Assembly: GCA_021413805.1 (NCBI GenBank)
Contig: JAIOPR010000010.1
Span: 1 to 56,006 of the forward strand
Length of the DNA: 56,006 bases
Direction of reading: 5' to 3'
Origin: Planctomycetota bacterium
GTDB lineage: Bacteria > Planctomycetota > MHYJ01 > WSZJ01
Part shown: positions 1-8,709 of the stretch, in pieces
Position numbering within the stretch: position 1 is the stretch's first letter
How the letters are laid out: each line of letters begins with the position of its first letter
The notes under the pieces: generated by a model
What the model was told of the DNA's origin: nothing
Seen by the model: the letters and a program-made list of their open reading frames with translations, nothing else
Databases searched by the model: none
Translations under genes and position numbers: made by a program

Positions 1-146
1 GGTTCGACACGCTTGATTCCGTGGGTTGCGACCTTCGGACGCAACCCACGAAATCAAAGCTGACTCACCACTGGCTGGTTCAGGGCCGGGGGCCGCGAGC
101 GAACGCTCGGCCCCCGCCCCCCAACCCGCTCGTCAAGGAGGAGCCC

Positions 147-356
147 ATGGTCGTCTTCTGCGTCCGGTGTGATACGTCGCTTCCGCTGGCGGATGTGACG
201 GTCAAGAACGGCACGGAGTACACGAGTCCGGACTACCTGTGCCCGATGTGCCACCAGCCGGCGGCCCCTTCGGTGCCGGATGACCCGGAGGACGAGATTG
301 GCGTGGATGAGCAGAACGACCTGGTTGTGAAGGACGGCAAGGCCGCGCGACCGTAG
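147..356 (+). CDS. small zinc-ribbon protein (CxxC...CxxC) with acidic tail
   Basis: ATG at 147 follows AAGGAGG (135-141). MVVFCVRCDT...DYLCPMCHQP gives two CxxC pairs. The GTG at 21 in the ORF track would only add a basic leader. Confidence 0.55.
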   Translation: MVVFCVRCDTSLPLADVTVKNGTEYTSPDYLCPMCHQPAAPSVPDDPEDEIGVDEQNDLVVKDGKAARP

Positions 357-383
357 CACTTTAGAAACCCAGGAGACACCTCG

Positions 384-1967
384 ATGCCGCAGCCCCCTGC
401 AGGCCGTCCCGCCGGCGGACCCCCCGCGAACCGGCCTTCGACCGTGCGCCCCGGAGGCGCGCCGCAACCTGCGGCCCGTCCCGCCGCCGCGCCGGCCGCC
501 CCGCCGTCCCAGCGGGTGGCGCGTCCCGCCGCCCCGGCCCCCGCGCCGCCGTCGCAGCGCGTCCAGCCTGTCCCCGCGCGTCCTCCTTCACCCGGCACCC
601 AGCGTATTTCCAAGACGCCCGCGGCGCCGCCTCCCGCTCCGCCGTCCCAGCGTGTCCAGCCCGTGGCCGCGAAGCCCTCAACCGGCACCCAGCGCATCGC
701 GAAGCCTGCCGCGCCCGGTGCGGGGGAAGCTTCCGGGCCGCCGTCCACCAAGTCCGTCCGCCCCGCCCGGAGCAGTGGCACCATTCCTGCGCCCATGGCG
801 CCCGTCGCCCGCGAGCCGATGTCCCGCAAGAAACTCCTCCTGAACCTGTCCATCTGGCTCTCCATCCCCATCTGCATCGCCGTCATCAGCATCCAGCTTT
901 ACCGCAAGGGCCTGAAGAAAATGGCCAAGGACGTGAAGGGCGTCGTGACGACGGACAAGACTCCCGACAACCAGGGCCCCCAGGTCTCCGACGAGCAGAA
1001 AGCCCTCGACGCCGTCGAGGACATCCGGAAAGAGGCCGGGAAGAATTTCGCCATCGCGAATCTCGACAAGACGACTGACCCCGAGAGAAAAGTCCTGTAC
1101 GAGAAAATCCTCGCGCTCGACAACGAGTACCGGGAGAAGATCCAGAAGTATCTCGACGACCCGAAATACCAGGACAAAGGCCACGAATACCTGTCGGACG
1201 GCCTGACCGAAATCAACCAGCGCGCCCGCGTCGTCAAGGACTGGCTCCGGGCGTCCGCGCCTCCGCCGGAAGAAGTCCCCGCGGAGCCGAATACCCGCGC
1301 CCTCGGCGCGATCTCGAGCTGGAACGGGACGAAACAGAAACTGTCCCTTCTCCTCCTCCCCAAGGACGCTTCACCGGCCGATCCCGCCGCCCTGGCCGCC
1401 GAATATCCCCAGACCATCGGCCACACCGGGGCGGAGCTCAAGGACCTGCCCGTTGACCGCATCTGGGAACTCCTCAAGGGCGACCTGAAGACGGACACCG
1501 AAAAGCTGCAGGGCGAAGAGAAGTCGAAGAAATGCGAAGAGCTGGCCAAAGGCATCCAGGTCTTCGAGGGACAGAAACTGACGGGAGGGTTCGAGTACCT
1601 GAAGTCGATCCAGGGGTACTACTTCAAGGACCAGCTCGCCCGCGTCCGCACCACGATCCATGACGACCGCGGCGTCTCCTCGTTCGCCGAGTACTACAAG
1701 GTCATCCTCCTGGCGATCGGCTCCCCCGCGAAGGGCTTTGAGAACGTTTCCGCCAGCGTCTGCGAATGGCGGTTGACCTGGCGGCAGGAGGGCGTCGTCT
1801 ACCGCCTCAACGCCATCGGCACGAAGAACGGCATGGACCTCGTCTTCACGGCGTACAACGAGGCCAACTGGAAGAGCCTGGCGGAGACGCTCGGGGACAA
1901 GGACGTCTTCGAAGAGGACAAGCAGGAAGACTGGGCGGACCGCACGCCGAAAGAACCGCCGAAGTAG
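384..1967 (+). CDS. membrane protein with Pro-rich tandem-repeat N-terminus, one TM helix and an uncharacterised C-terminal domain
   Basis: ATG 384 is preceded by AGGAGA (371-376). The motif PPSQRV..GTQRI repeats three times. The TM segment is LLLNLSIWLSIPICIAVISIQLY. GC3-biased coding continues to the stop, followed by a strong terminator. Confidence 0.75.
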   Translation: MPQPPAGRPAGGPPANRPSTVRPGGAPQPAARPAAAPAAPPSQRVARPAAPAPAPPSQRVQPVPARPPSPGTQRISKTPAAPPPAPPSQRVQPVAAKPSTGTQRIAKPAAPGAGEASGPPSTKSVRPARSSGTIPAPMAPVAREPMSRKKLLLNLSIWLSIPICIAVISIQLYRKGLKKMAKDVKGVVTTDKTPDNQGPQVSDEQKALDAVEDIRKEAGKNFAIANLDKTTDPERKVLYEKILALDNEYREKIQKYLDDPKYQDKGHEYLSDGLTEINQRARVVKDWLRASAPPPEEVPAEPNTRALGAISSWNGTKQKLSLLLLPKDASPADPAALAAEYPQTIGHTGAELKDLPVDRIWELLKGDLKTDTEKLQGEEKSKKCEELAKGIQVFEGQKLTGGFEYLKSIQGYYFKDQLARVRTTIHDDRGVSSFAEYYKVILLAIGSPAKGFENVSASVCEWRLTWRQEGVVYRLNAIGTKNGMDLVFTAYNEANWKSLAETLGDKDVFEEDKQEDWADRTPKEPPK

Positions 1968-1990
1968 GCAGAACAATTCGTGACGATCCC

Positions 1991-2020
1991 GGGGCCGGCG
2001 AAAGCCGGCCCCGCTTTTTT
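1991..2020 (+). terminator. rho-independent terminator
   Basis: GGGGCCGGC-GAAA-GCCGGCCCC hairpin followed by GCTTTTTT, 24 nt after the stop at 1967. Confidence 0.8.
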
Positions 2021-2073
2021 GGCCTCCTTCCGGTTTTGAACGTACTTTCAATTTTCCGCGCCGCCGCGATACG

Positions 2074-3369
2074 ATGATCCTCCCGATGCGCGCCGCCACG
2101 CTCCTCGCCCTTCTCGCTCTCTCCGCCTCCGCCGATGTCCTCAACCCGGCGCTCCGGGCCCAGGTCTCGGGCGGAAACGTCGCTCTTCGGCTCGAAGGCA
2201 CCGCCGACCTGCCGCGCGCCGCGACGGACTGGGCGCCGCTCGTCGATGTCGAATACCTGTTCGCGCCGCTTCGCCCCGAACGGCGCGTGGAGAAACTGCC
2301 GGGCGGATTGAATTTCGTGACGACGCGGCTGGTCGAGGGGCGCGAAGTTTCGCTGGGATTCGGGCGCGCGCGGATCCTGAGCGACGCGGTCGAGGACAAC
2401 CCGCCGTATCTCGATGCGCGGCCGTTCCTGGTCGCCGGGAGATTTGCCGGCGTTTACCGCGCAAGGCTTGTTTTCGACCCGGCGCGCCAGTCAGTCCGCA
2501 TCCGCGCCCGCGGGCTGCCGGCCGCGACTGCGGCTGCGGAAGTACGTTTCGGAAATCCGGATGATTTCGAGGCGCAGGTCGCGGAGTTGAGGGCTTCCGT
2601 GGAAGAGGACGCGGCCGCGCTCGGTTTCCTCGCGCGGGGGCTCCAGGGGATGTGGACCCAGGGAAGTTCTACGCCGCGCGGCGGGGAAGAATGGACCGCC
2701 GCACTCGAGGACTGGCGCTCGCGTTTCGAACCGCTTCCCGGCCGCAACGAGCACCGTCCCGCGAATGCGATTGCGACGTTCATGCCGGCGGCGCGAAGCG
2801 CGATCGGGGAGGCTTGCGAAGCGCTGGCGGTGCTGGCGGAAGCGTGCGACCGGGCGATGGCGCTGCCGATCGAAAAGAGGCGCGCGGTTCCGGAGGTCGA
2901 TGCGGCGGCGCGGCGGGTCCGCGAGGCGCTGTCCGGGGTCGATCGCGCGGCGGGCCGCCGCGAGCTTCAGCCCGATCTCGACCAGGCCCGCGGGGCGGTC
3001 ACGGTCCTCCGCGCCGCCCCCGCCGTTCTCCGCGCCTGGTACAGCGACTGGCGCGCCGGCAAACCCGGCCACGATGCCGCTGATTGGACCGCGTTCCGTG
3101 CCCGTACGCGAGAATCCCTTACCGAAGCGCTGTTCGTGGCCGGGCACGCCTCCGCCCCCGGCGTCTACCCTGACCTCGCCGCGGTCGCCCGGCTGCTCGT
3201 CGCCGACCTCCCCGCCGGACCCGGCCGTAATCCGTCTCTTCTCTCCGCCTACTCTTCGCGTATCCTGAAGGAAACCGCCACGCCCTTCGATGAGGGCTGG
3301 TTCCAGTCGTGCGAGCAGGAGCTGGCCGCACGGCTGGGACGGATCGAGAAGGGCCTCGAGTCGAAGTAG
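2074..3369 (+). CDS. secreted hypothetical protein
   Basis: Signal-peptide-like start MILPMRAATLLALLALSASADV. Consistent GC3 coding bias. I recognise no family motif. Confidence 0.65.
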   Translation: MILPMRAATLLALLALSASADVLNPALRAQVSGGNVALRLEGTADLPRAATDWAPLVDVEYLFAPLRPERRVEKLPGGLNFVTTRLVEGREVSLGFGRARILSDAVEDNPPYLDARPFLVAGRFAGVYRARLVFDPARQSVRIRARGLPAATAAAEVRFGNPDDFEAQVAELRASVEEDAAALGFLARGLQGMWTQGSSTPRGGEEWTAALEDWRSRFEPLPGRNEHRPANAIATFMPAARSAIGEACEALAVLAEACDRAMALPIEKRRAVPEVDAAARRVREALSGVDRAAGRRELQPDLDQARGAVTVLRAAPAVLRAWYSDWRAGKPGHDAADWTAFRARTRESLTEALFVAGHASAPGVYPDLAAVARLLVADLPAGPGRNPSLLSAYSSRILKETATPFDEGWFQSCEQELAARLGRIEKGLESK

Positions 3370-3378
3370 GAGCACACC

Positions 3379-4632
3379 ATGACGAACGAGCACCCGAACG
3401 AGACGGACCTGATCTACGACTGGAACCTGACCGACCCCACGAGGGGCCGCGAGAGGCAGGCGCGGCACATTGAGCTCGACGACGAGACCCTGCGCGACGG
3501 GTTGCAGAACCCGAGCGTCGTGACGCCGACGAAGGAGCAGAAGATCGCGATCCTGCACCTGATGGAGCGGCTGGGGATCGACACGCTCGACATCGGGCTG
3601 CCGGGCGCGGGGCCGAAGCACCTCGAGGATGCGCTGGCGCTGGCGAACGAAATCCGCACGAAAGGTCTGCGGATCGCCGCAAATTGCGCGGGCCGCACGG
3701 TCGAGGGCGACATCACGCCGATGGTGGAAGTTTCCCAGAAAGCAGGGATCCCGATCGAGGCGTCGCTCTTCATCGGCTCCAGCCCCATCCGCCAGTACGC
3801 GGAGGACTGGACGCTGGAGAAGATGGTCGATCACTCGAAGAAGGCGGTGACATTCGCGGTCAAGCACGGGCTGCAGGTGATGTATGTGACCGAGGACACG
3901 ACGCGGGCCCACCCGGACACGCTTCGGGCGCTCTACACCTCGGCGATTGAATGCGGCGCCACGCGGATCTGCCTGTGCGACACGGTGGGGCATTCGACCC
4001 CGGACGGCGTGCGGCGGCTGGTCGAGTACATGAAAGGCGTCGTCGAGCGGACGGGCGTGAAAGTGAAGATCGACTGGCACGGCCACAAGGACCGCGGGCT
4101 CGACATCGCGAACACGATGGCCGCCATTGAGGCGGGCGTGAACCGCGTCCACGGGGCGGCGCTGGGCATCGGCGAGCGCGCCGGGAACACGCCGATGGAA
4201 CTGATCCTCTGCAACCTCTACCTCTACGGCTACATCAGCCGCGACCTCACCGCGATCGGCGACTACTGCCGTGCGGTCAGTGAAGCGTGCCACGTGCCGA
4301 TCCCGCACAACTACCCCGTGGTCGGCCAGGATGCCTTCGAGACCGGCACCGGCGTCCACGCGGCTGCCGTCATCAAGGCCCTCAAGAAAGGCGACAAGTG
4401 GCTCGCCGACCGCATCTACTCCGGCGTCCCCGCCACCGAGTTCGGCCGCGAACAGACCATCCGCGTCGGCCCCATGTCCGGGCGCTCGAACGTCGTCTAC
4501 TGGCTTGAGAAGCGCGGTATCGCCGTCACCGATGCCCTCGTCGAGCGCATCTTCCTCGCCGCCAAGGCCTCGAACCACATGCTCGAGGACGCCGACGTCG
4601 AGAAGCTGGCGCTCGCGCCCGCGGCCAGATGA
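3379..4632 (+). CDS. 2-isopropylmalate synthase / homocitrate synthase-like DRE-TIM metallolyase (HMGL-like domain only, no LeuA regulatory domain)
   Basis: Motifs LDDETLRDGLQ, MYVTEDTTR, CDTVGHSTP and HGHKDRGLDIANTMAAIEAGVNRVHGAALGIGERAGNTPMEL match the IPMS/citramalate/homocitrate synthase catalytic barrel. AGGAG lies 7 nt upstream of the ATG. Confidence 0.85.
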   Translation: MTNEHPNETDLIYDWNLTDPTRGRERQARHIELDDETLRDGLQNPSVVTPTKEQKIAILHLMERLGIDTLDIGLPGAGPKHLEDALALANEIRTKGLRIAANCAGRTVEGDITPMVEVSQKAGIPIEASLFIGSSPIRQYAEDWTLEKMVDHSKKAVTFAVKHGLQVMYVTEDTTRAHPDTLRALYTSAIECGATRICLCDTVGHSTPDGVRRLVEYMKGVVERTGVKVKIDWHGHKDRGLDIANTMAAIEAGVNRVHGAALGIGERAGNTPMELILCNLYLYGYISRDLTAIGDYCRAVSEACHVPIPHNYPVVGQDAFETGTGVHAAAVIKALKKGDKWLADRIYSGVPATEFGREQTIRVGPMSGRSNVVYWLEKRGIAVTDALVERIFLAAKASNHMLEDADVEKLALAPAAR

Positions 4633-5783
4633 CCGAAGACGGAAAGGGAACGACGCGCCGCCTCCGCCGGTCGAAGCCGCCCCGGGGCGCGGCGCTGGCG
4701 AAGCGCCGTGAGCACGAGGCCCTGAAGCAGGCGTCGCGGGCGCCCGAAGTTGCGAAGAAGCCCGCGTCGATCGTGCCGGAAGTGGCTCCTCCGCCACCCG
4801 CACCCGCGCCGAAGAAGCCCGCCTCCGTCGTGCGCAGGCCCGAAGCTCCCGGCGCCCCGCCCACCGCAGGAATAACACGCGCTCTCCCCCCGGCCCCCGT
4901 CGCACCCGACGAAGCCACCGTCCCCGCCGCGCACCTCGCCGCGCTTCGACCCGCGGACGCGCTGGCGCCGCCGGTGAATGAGAACACGACGGTGCGCACG
5001 AAGCGCGAGGAGCCGAAGCACCGGCAGTCGAAAATGCCCTCGGCGCCGGGGACGCCGCACTTTTCAGGGACGCGCGGGATTCCGCCGCCGTCAGCGCCCG
5101 GCTCGCCGGGAGCCCGCATGCACGAGAGCCGCGGGATGCCGGCGTCTGCGGCGCCCCCGCCGGCCGCGCCGAAACCGCCGCCCGCACCGCCCGTCGCGCG
5201 CCCCGACCAGGCCAGCGGCACGCTCGCCGGGTTCGTGAGCGCCACGCGCCAGCTCTTCAAGAAATTCTCCGGCGCGCCCCCCGAGGTGCGGATCACGCTC
5301 CCCACCAACGAACTCAGCCTGTTCAAGATCACAGGGCTGATCGACGACCGCGTGGCGCTTCAGGCCGCCACGTGGATCCTCTTCGTGCAGGCGATGAAAT
5401 CGGACGCGGACCTGACGCTGGCGATCGACTCGACCGGGGGCTCGATCACGGCGGGGCTTTCGCTGATCGACGTGATGCTGAAGGCGAAATGCCGGGTGCG
5501 CACGCATTGCCCGCGGCAGGCGCAGGGGATTTCGAGCATTGTCCTCGCGGCGGGTTCCCGCGGTTACCGCACGATCGGCCGGTCGGCGCTCATCACGGTT
5601 CCCGGCGCGCCCGGGGTGGGTGACGGCAAAACCGCCGCCCTGCTTGCGCCGCGCGTCGTCGCCGCGGTCGCCGCCGCAACGGGCCGCCCCGCCGCGCAGG
5701 TCGAGAAGGATCTCCTCAAGCTGAAGGCCGTCACACCGAAACTGGCGGTGAAGCACGGCCTGGCCGACGCGGTGGCGGTGTAG
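4629..5783 (+). CDS. ClpP-fold protein lacking the catalytic triad, with a ~200-aa Pro/Ala-rich N-terminal extension
   Basis: The ATGA overlap with the preceding stop implies translational coupling. The C-terminal 160 aa (LAIDSTGGSITAGLSLIDVMLKAKCRVRTHCPRQAQGISSIVLAAGS...ALITVPGAPG) aligns with the ClpP core. It has Gly at the Ser nucleophile position and Thr at the His position. Confidence 0.75.
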   Translation: MTEDGKGTTRRLRRSKPPRGAALAKRREHEALKQASRAPEVAKKPASIVPEVAPPPPAPAPKKPASVVRRPEAPGAPPTAGITRALPPAPVAPDEATVPAAHLAALRPADALAPPVNENTTVRTKREEPKHRQSKMPSAPGTPHFSGTRGIPPPSAPGSPGARMHESRGMPASAAPPPAAPKPPPAPPVARPDQASGTLAGFVSATRQLFKKFSGAPPEVRITLPTNELSLFKITGLIDDRVALQAATWILFVQAMKSDADLTLAIDSTGGSITAGLSLIDVMLKAKCRVRTHCPRQAQGISSIVLAAGSRGYRTIGRSALITVPGAPGVGDGKTAALLAPRVVAAVAAATGRPAAQVEKDLLKLKAVTPKLAVKHGLADAVAV

Positions 5784-5792
5784 CGGCTGGAG

Positions 5793-6971
5793 TCAGCGGA
5801 GCCGAAGCGCCTTTGTCGCCAGCCGCAGGCGTCGCTTTTCCAGCTCTCCGCAATCCCGGATCGAGACGTCCGGGCGCTTGAGGAGGTCGAGCGTCAGCGC
5901 GAGCGCTCTTCCCACGTCCTTCGCCTTGTGCTCGTAGTGCATCGCCAGCTCGATCCCCGCTTCCAGCCCTTTCCTGCCGGGTTCGCGCGCGGCCATTTCC
6001 CAGAGGGGAAGCGCAGCGTCGGCGGCGCCGCGTTTCTTTTTCACGCGGGCGAGCTCGGGGGCGGCCTCGCGGGCGCCGCGGGAGAGCGCTTCGCCCAGCG
6101 CGGATTCGGCGCGGGGGTCGTGGTCGCGGGCCATCATGGCGCCGAGCGAGAAGAGATCGGTCGGGTGGGCGGCCTCGCCGGGATGGGCGAGGAGGCGGGC
6201 GAGGCGGCCGGCGAGGGCGGCGAGGGTCACGAGGTCGAGGCGGTTGTGCTCGATGACGGGGGCGAGCGGTCGGGGGTCGCCCAGGGCGAGCCAGTCGAAC
6301 CACCGCTGCGGGATTTCGGCGCCGCTGATGTCGCCATGGCGCGGGGCGCCGAAGACCTCGGCCTCGAGGCGTCCCAGGGTGCAGCTCTCGAGCCGGCGTT
6401 TCCAGACGCGCCGCGCCGGGTGGAGCAGGTCGAGGTGCGGAAGAATGCCGAGCTTGCGGCGGTGCATGATGAAGCGCGTCTCGAGAAGCGGGACGTCGAA
6501 ACATTTGCCGTTGAACGTGACGAGGTGCGTGCAGCCCCGGAGCTCCGCCTCGACGAGCGCGAGCGCGGCGCTCTCGGCGGCAGGGGAGCGGAGGAAATAC
6601 TGCCGCGTCTCGAAGCGGCCATCGCGGACGCGGGCGAGGCCGATGAGAAACGCGACGGTGCCGGTGCCGCCGGCGAGGCCGGTGGTCTCGAGGTCGAGGA
6701 AGGCGACGTCCTCGCGGCGGGCGGAAGCCCAGGCGGGTTCGCGGGCGAGGGTGGCCCACAGGCGCGGGTCGGCCTCCGTGAACTCCGCCGGCACGGGGTG
6801 GTCGCGGCGGACGAGGTAGGCTCCGCCGCCGGCATCTTCGCCCGGGATGAGCTCGGCGATGTCGATCCTGCCGCGCGATTGACGCATCGCCTGCTCGACG
6901 CGCTCGCGGTCTGCCGAAGGAGGCGGGGCGTCGGGGCCGAGGATGCGGGTGAGCTTGTCGCGAAGAGACAT
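5793..6971 (-). CDS. YprB-like RNase H-fold (DEDD-type) exonuclease domain protein with helical C-terminal region
   Basis: VAFLDLETTGL, LVTFNGKCFDVPLL and IEHNRLDLVTLA resemble the COG3359/RNase_H_2 family. The ATG is at 6969-6971. Confidence 0.7.
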   Translation of the reverse strand: MSLRDKLTRILGPDAPPPSADRERVEQAMRQSRGRIDIAELIPGEDAGGGAYLVRRDHPVPAEFTEADPRLWATLAREPAWASARREDVAFLDLETTGLAGGTGTVAFLIGLARVRDGRFETRQYFLRSPAAESAALALVEAELRGCTHLVTFNGKCFDVPLLETRFIMHRRKLGILPHLDLLHPARRVWKRRLESCTLGRLEAEVFGAPRHGDISGAEIPQRWFDWLALGDPRPLAPVIEHNRLDLVTLAALAGRLARLLAHPGEAAHPTDLFSLGAMMARDHDPRAESALGEALSRGAREAAPELARVKKKRGAADAALPLWEMAAREPGRKGLEAGIELAMHYEHKAKDVGRALALTLDLLKRPDVSIRDCGELEKRRLRLATKALRLR

Positions 6972-6981
6972 GGACTGGACC

Positions 6982-7500
6982 TTACCGGGAACGCCGCCGA
7001 TGTTTTGTTTGCGATCCGCCTCCGCCCGCCAGCTGTTTCACTTCAGGCCCCGCCACCCGGCACACGACCCACTCCTTCAGTTCCTTCGCCCCCAGCCCGC
7101 GGTACAGGCTCCTCGCGGGCTTGTTCCAGTCGAGGACGGTCCACTCGAAGCGCCCGCAGCCGTGCTTGAGGGCCTCCCGGGCCAGCCGCTTCATCACCAG
7201 CGTCGCCACGCCGCGGCCGCGCGCGTCGGGATGGACGAAGATGTCCTCGAGGTAGAGGGTAGGGCGGGCGAGGAAGCTGGAGTAGGTGAAGAAGAAGATC
7301 GCGTAGGCGACGACGCGCCCGTCCAGCTCGGCGATCCAGAGCGTGTAGCGGGGCTTTGTCCCGAACGCATCGCGGATGAGGCGCCTGCGGGCGCCGGCGT
7401 CGGGCGGCGGGAGCTTCTCAAAGTTCGCGAGCGCGACGACGAGCCCGAGAAAGTGTTTCGCATCGCTTTTCCGCGCCGGGCGAATCTCGATTTGCGGCAC
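6982..7500 (-). CDS. GNAT family N-acetyltransferase
   Basis: The acetyl-CoA motif is DIFVHPDARGRGVATLVMKRLAREALKHGC. GTG start with GGAGGG 6 nt upstream. Confidence 0.85.
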   Translation of the reverse strand: MPQIEIRPARKSDAKHFLGLVVALANFEKLPPPDAGARRRLIRDAFGTKPRYTLWIAELDGRVVAYAIFFFTYSSFLARPTLYLEDIFVHPDARGRGVATLVMKRLAREALKHGCGRFEWTVLDWNKPARSLYRGLGAKELKEWVVCRVAGPEVKQLAGGGGSQTKHRRRSR

Positions 7501-7515
7501 TTCGCACCCTCCGTC

Positions 7516-8655
7516 CTACTTGAGCACCACCCAGACCAGCTTCGTCCCGAGGTGCAGGATAAACTTTCCCGAATCGCCCGCCGCCTCGATCGCGACGACG
7601 CCCGCGGAAGGAACGCCCAGCGCGTACGAATGGTCGATCTTTCCCTTCGCGGTCTGCTGCACGAACGTCCCCGGCTCGCGCAACCCGAAGACCTTTTCGG
7701 CGGAGCGCGTGAATCCCCACACGTCCGTCCCTTCCACCGCGGCCGTCGGTTTCTGGAGGTCCCGCGACTTGAAAATGAGCGAGCCCCCGCCCTTGGCCAC
7801 TGGCCATCCTTCCGGCGAAGCCTCCGGCGCCGGCCCTGCGAAGTAGACGCCGTCCGGGCTCACCGCGAGATGCTTCACGCGGCCAAGCGGCGCTCCGGCT
7901 TCCTCGATCGTCAGCCCCACGCCCTTCACGCCCAGCCGGAAAATCCCGTCGCTGCTCGTGCAGAGGAGGTAGTCGCCCTTGGGTGAAGCGATCATGTTCT
8001 CGAACGTGCTCAGTTGTTTCGCGCCCGGGTGTTTCTTGTAGGACCCGGCGGCCGCCTGCGCCTGCATCATCTCGAGCGCGACCACCGCCCGCTGCTGCCC
8101 GTGGGTCTGCTGGTCGAGTACCTGGAGCTCCGTCGCGACCCCGCGGACGGTCTTGGGCACGTAGATCCCGCCGCCGTGCGGCATCGCGATCACCGTCCCC
8201 ACTTCGTCCAGCGTCCAGTGGTACGCGACTGTCAGGCTGTCCTCCTTGACCAGGATCAGCATCTTGTCCGCGGGGACCGCCGCAAGAATCCCCTCCTTGC
8301 ACGACGCCAGCGCCGTCACGGGCTTCCCGATCCACAGGCGGCGCTCTTCTTTCCACGTCGGAAGCGAAATTTTGCGGATGACGCCGGTGCGGTCGGCGAG
8401 AAAGACGGAGCCGCCGGAATCGGAGGTGAGCATGGTGGTGGCGATGTCGGAGCCACTGAGGTTGATCGTTCGCGACTCCACCCCGTCAGCGTCGACAGGG
8501 TCGCCGGCCAGCATCTCGCCCGTTTCGACGGGCTGGCCTTTCGCCCCGGCAGCCTTCAGCTTTGCCTCAAGATCCCCCGCGTCCGGCGGCGAGGCGGGAG
8601 TCTCGCCGAGCGCGATGGCCGCGGCGACGGCCCAGAGCAGGAGAGTGCGTTTCAT
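7516..8655 (-). CDS. secreted hypothetical protein (beta-rich, propeller-like)
   Basis: The internal ATG at 8655 gives the signal peptide MKRTLLLWAVAAAIALG. No recognisable catalytic motif. Confidence 0.65.
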   Translation of the reverse strand: MKRTLLLWAVAAAIALGETPASPPDAGDLEAKLKAAGAKGQPVETGEMLAGDPVDADGVESRTINLSGSDIATTMLTSDSGGSVFLADRTGVIRKISLPTWKEERRLWIGKPVTALASCKEGILAAVPADKMLILVKEDSLTVAYHWTLDEVGTVIAMPHGGGIYVPKTVRGVATELQVLDQQTHGQQRAVVALEMMQAQAAAGSYKKHPGAKQLSTFENMIASPKGDYLLCTSSDGIFRLGVKGVGLTIEEAGAPLGRVKHLAVSPDGVYFAGPAPEASPEGWPVAKGGGSLIFKSRDLQKPTAAVEGTDVWGFTRSAEKVFGLREPGTFVQQTAKGKIDHSYALGVPSAGVVAIEAAGDSGKFILHLGTKLVWVVLK

Positions 8656-8709
8656 GCGTCCATTTACCGGGAAGGACGGGCGCCGGGCAAGCGCGATTCC
8701 CGCCAACCA

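Noticed and set aside
1-50. GGTTCGA-like start and an 11-bp hairpin (20-50) that might have been a tRNA 3' end or a terminator
   Set aside because: No acceptor, anticodon or T-arm architecture can be drawn, and no U-tract follows the hairpin. It lies at the window edge, so the context is missing.
2491-5187. 898-aa minus-strand ORF, the longest in this part of the track
   Set aside because: It is antisense to the secreted protein, the IPMS-like gene and the ClpP-like gene, which have clear motifs. Its translation is Arg/Ala/Pro/Gly-rich low complexity, typical of shadow ORFs in GC-rich DNA.
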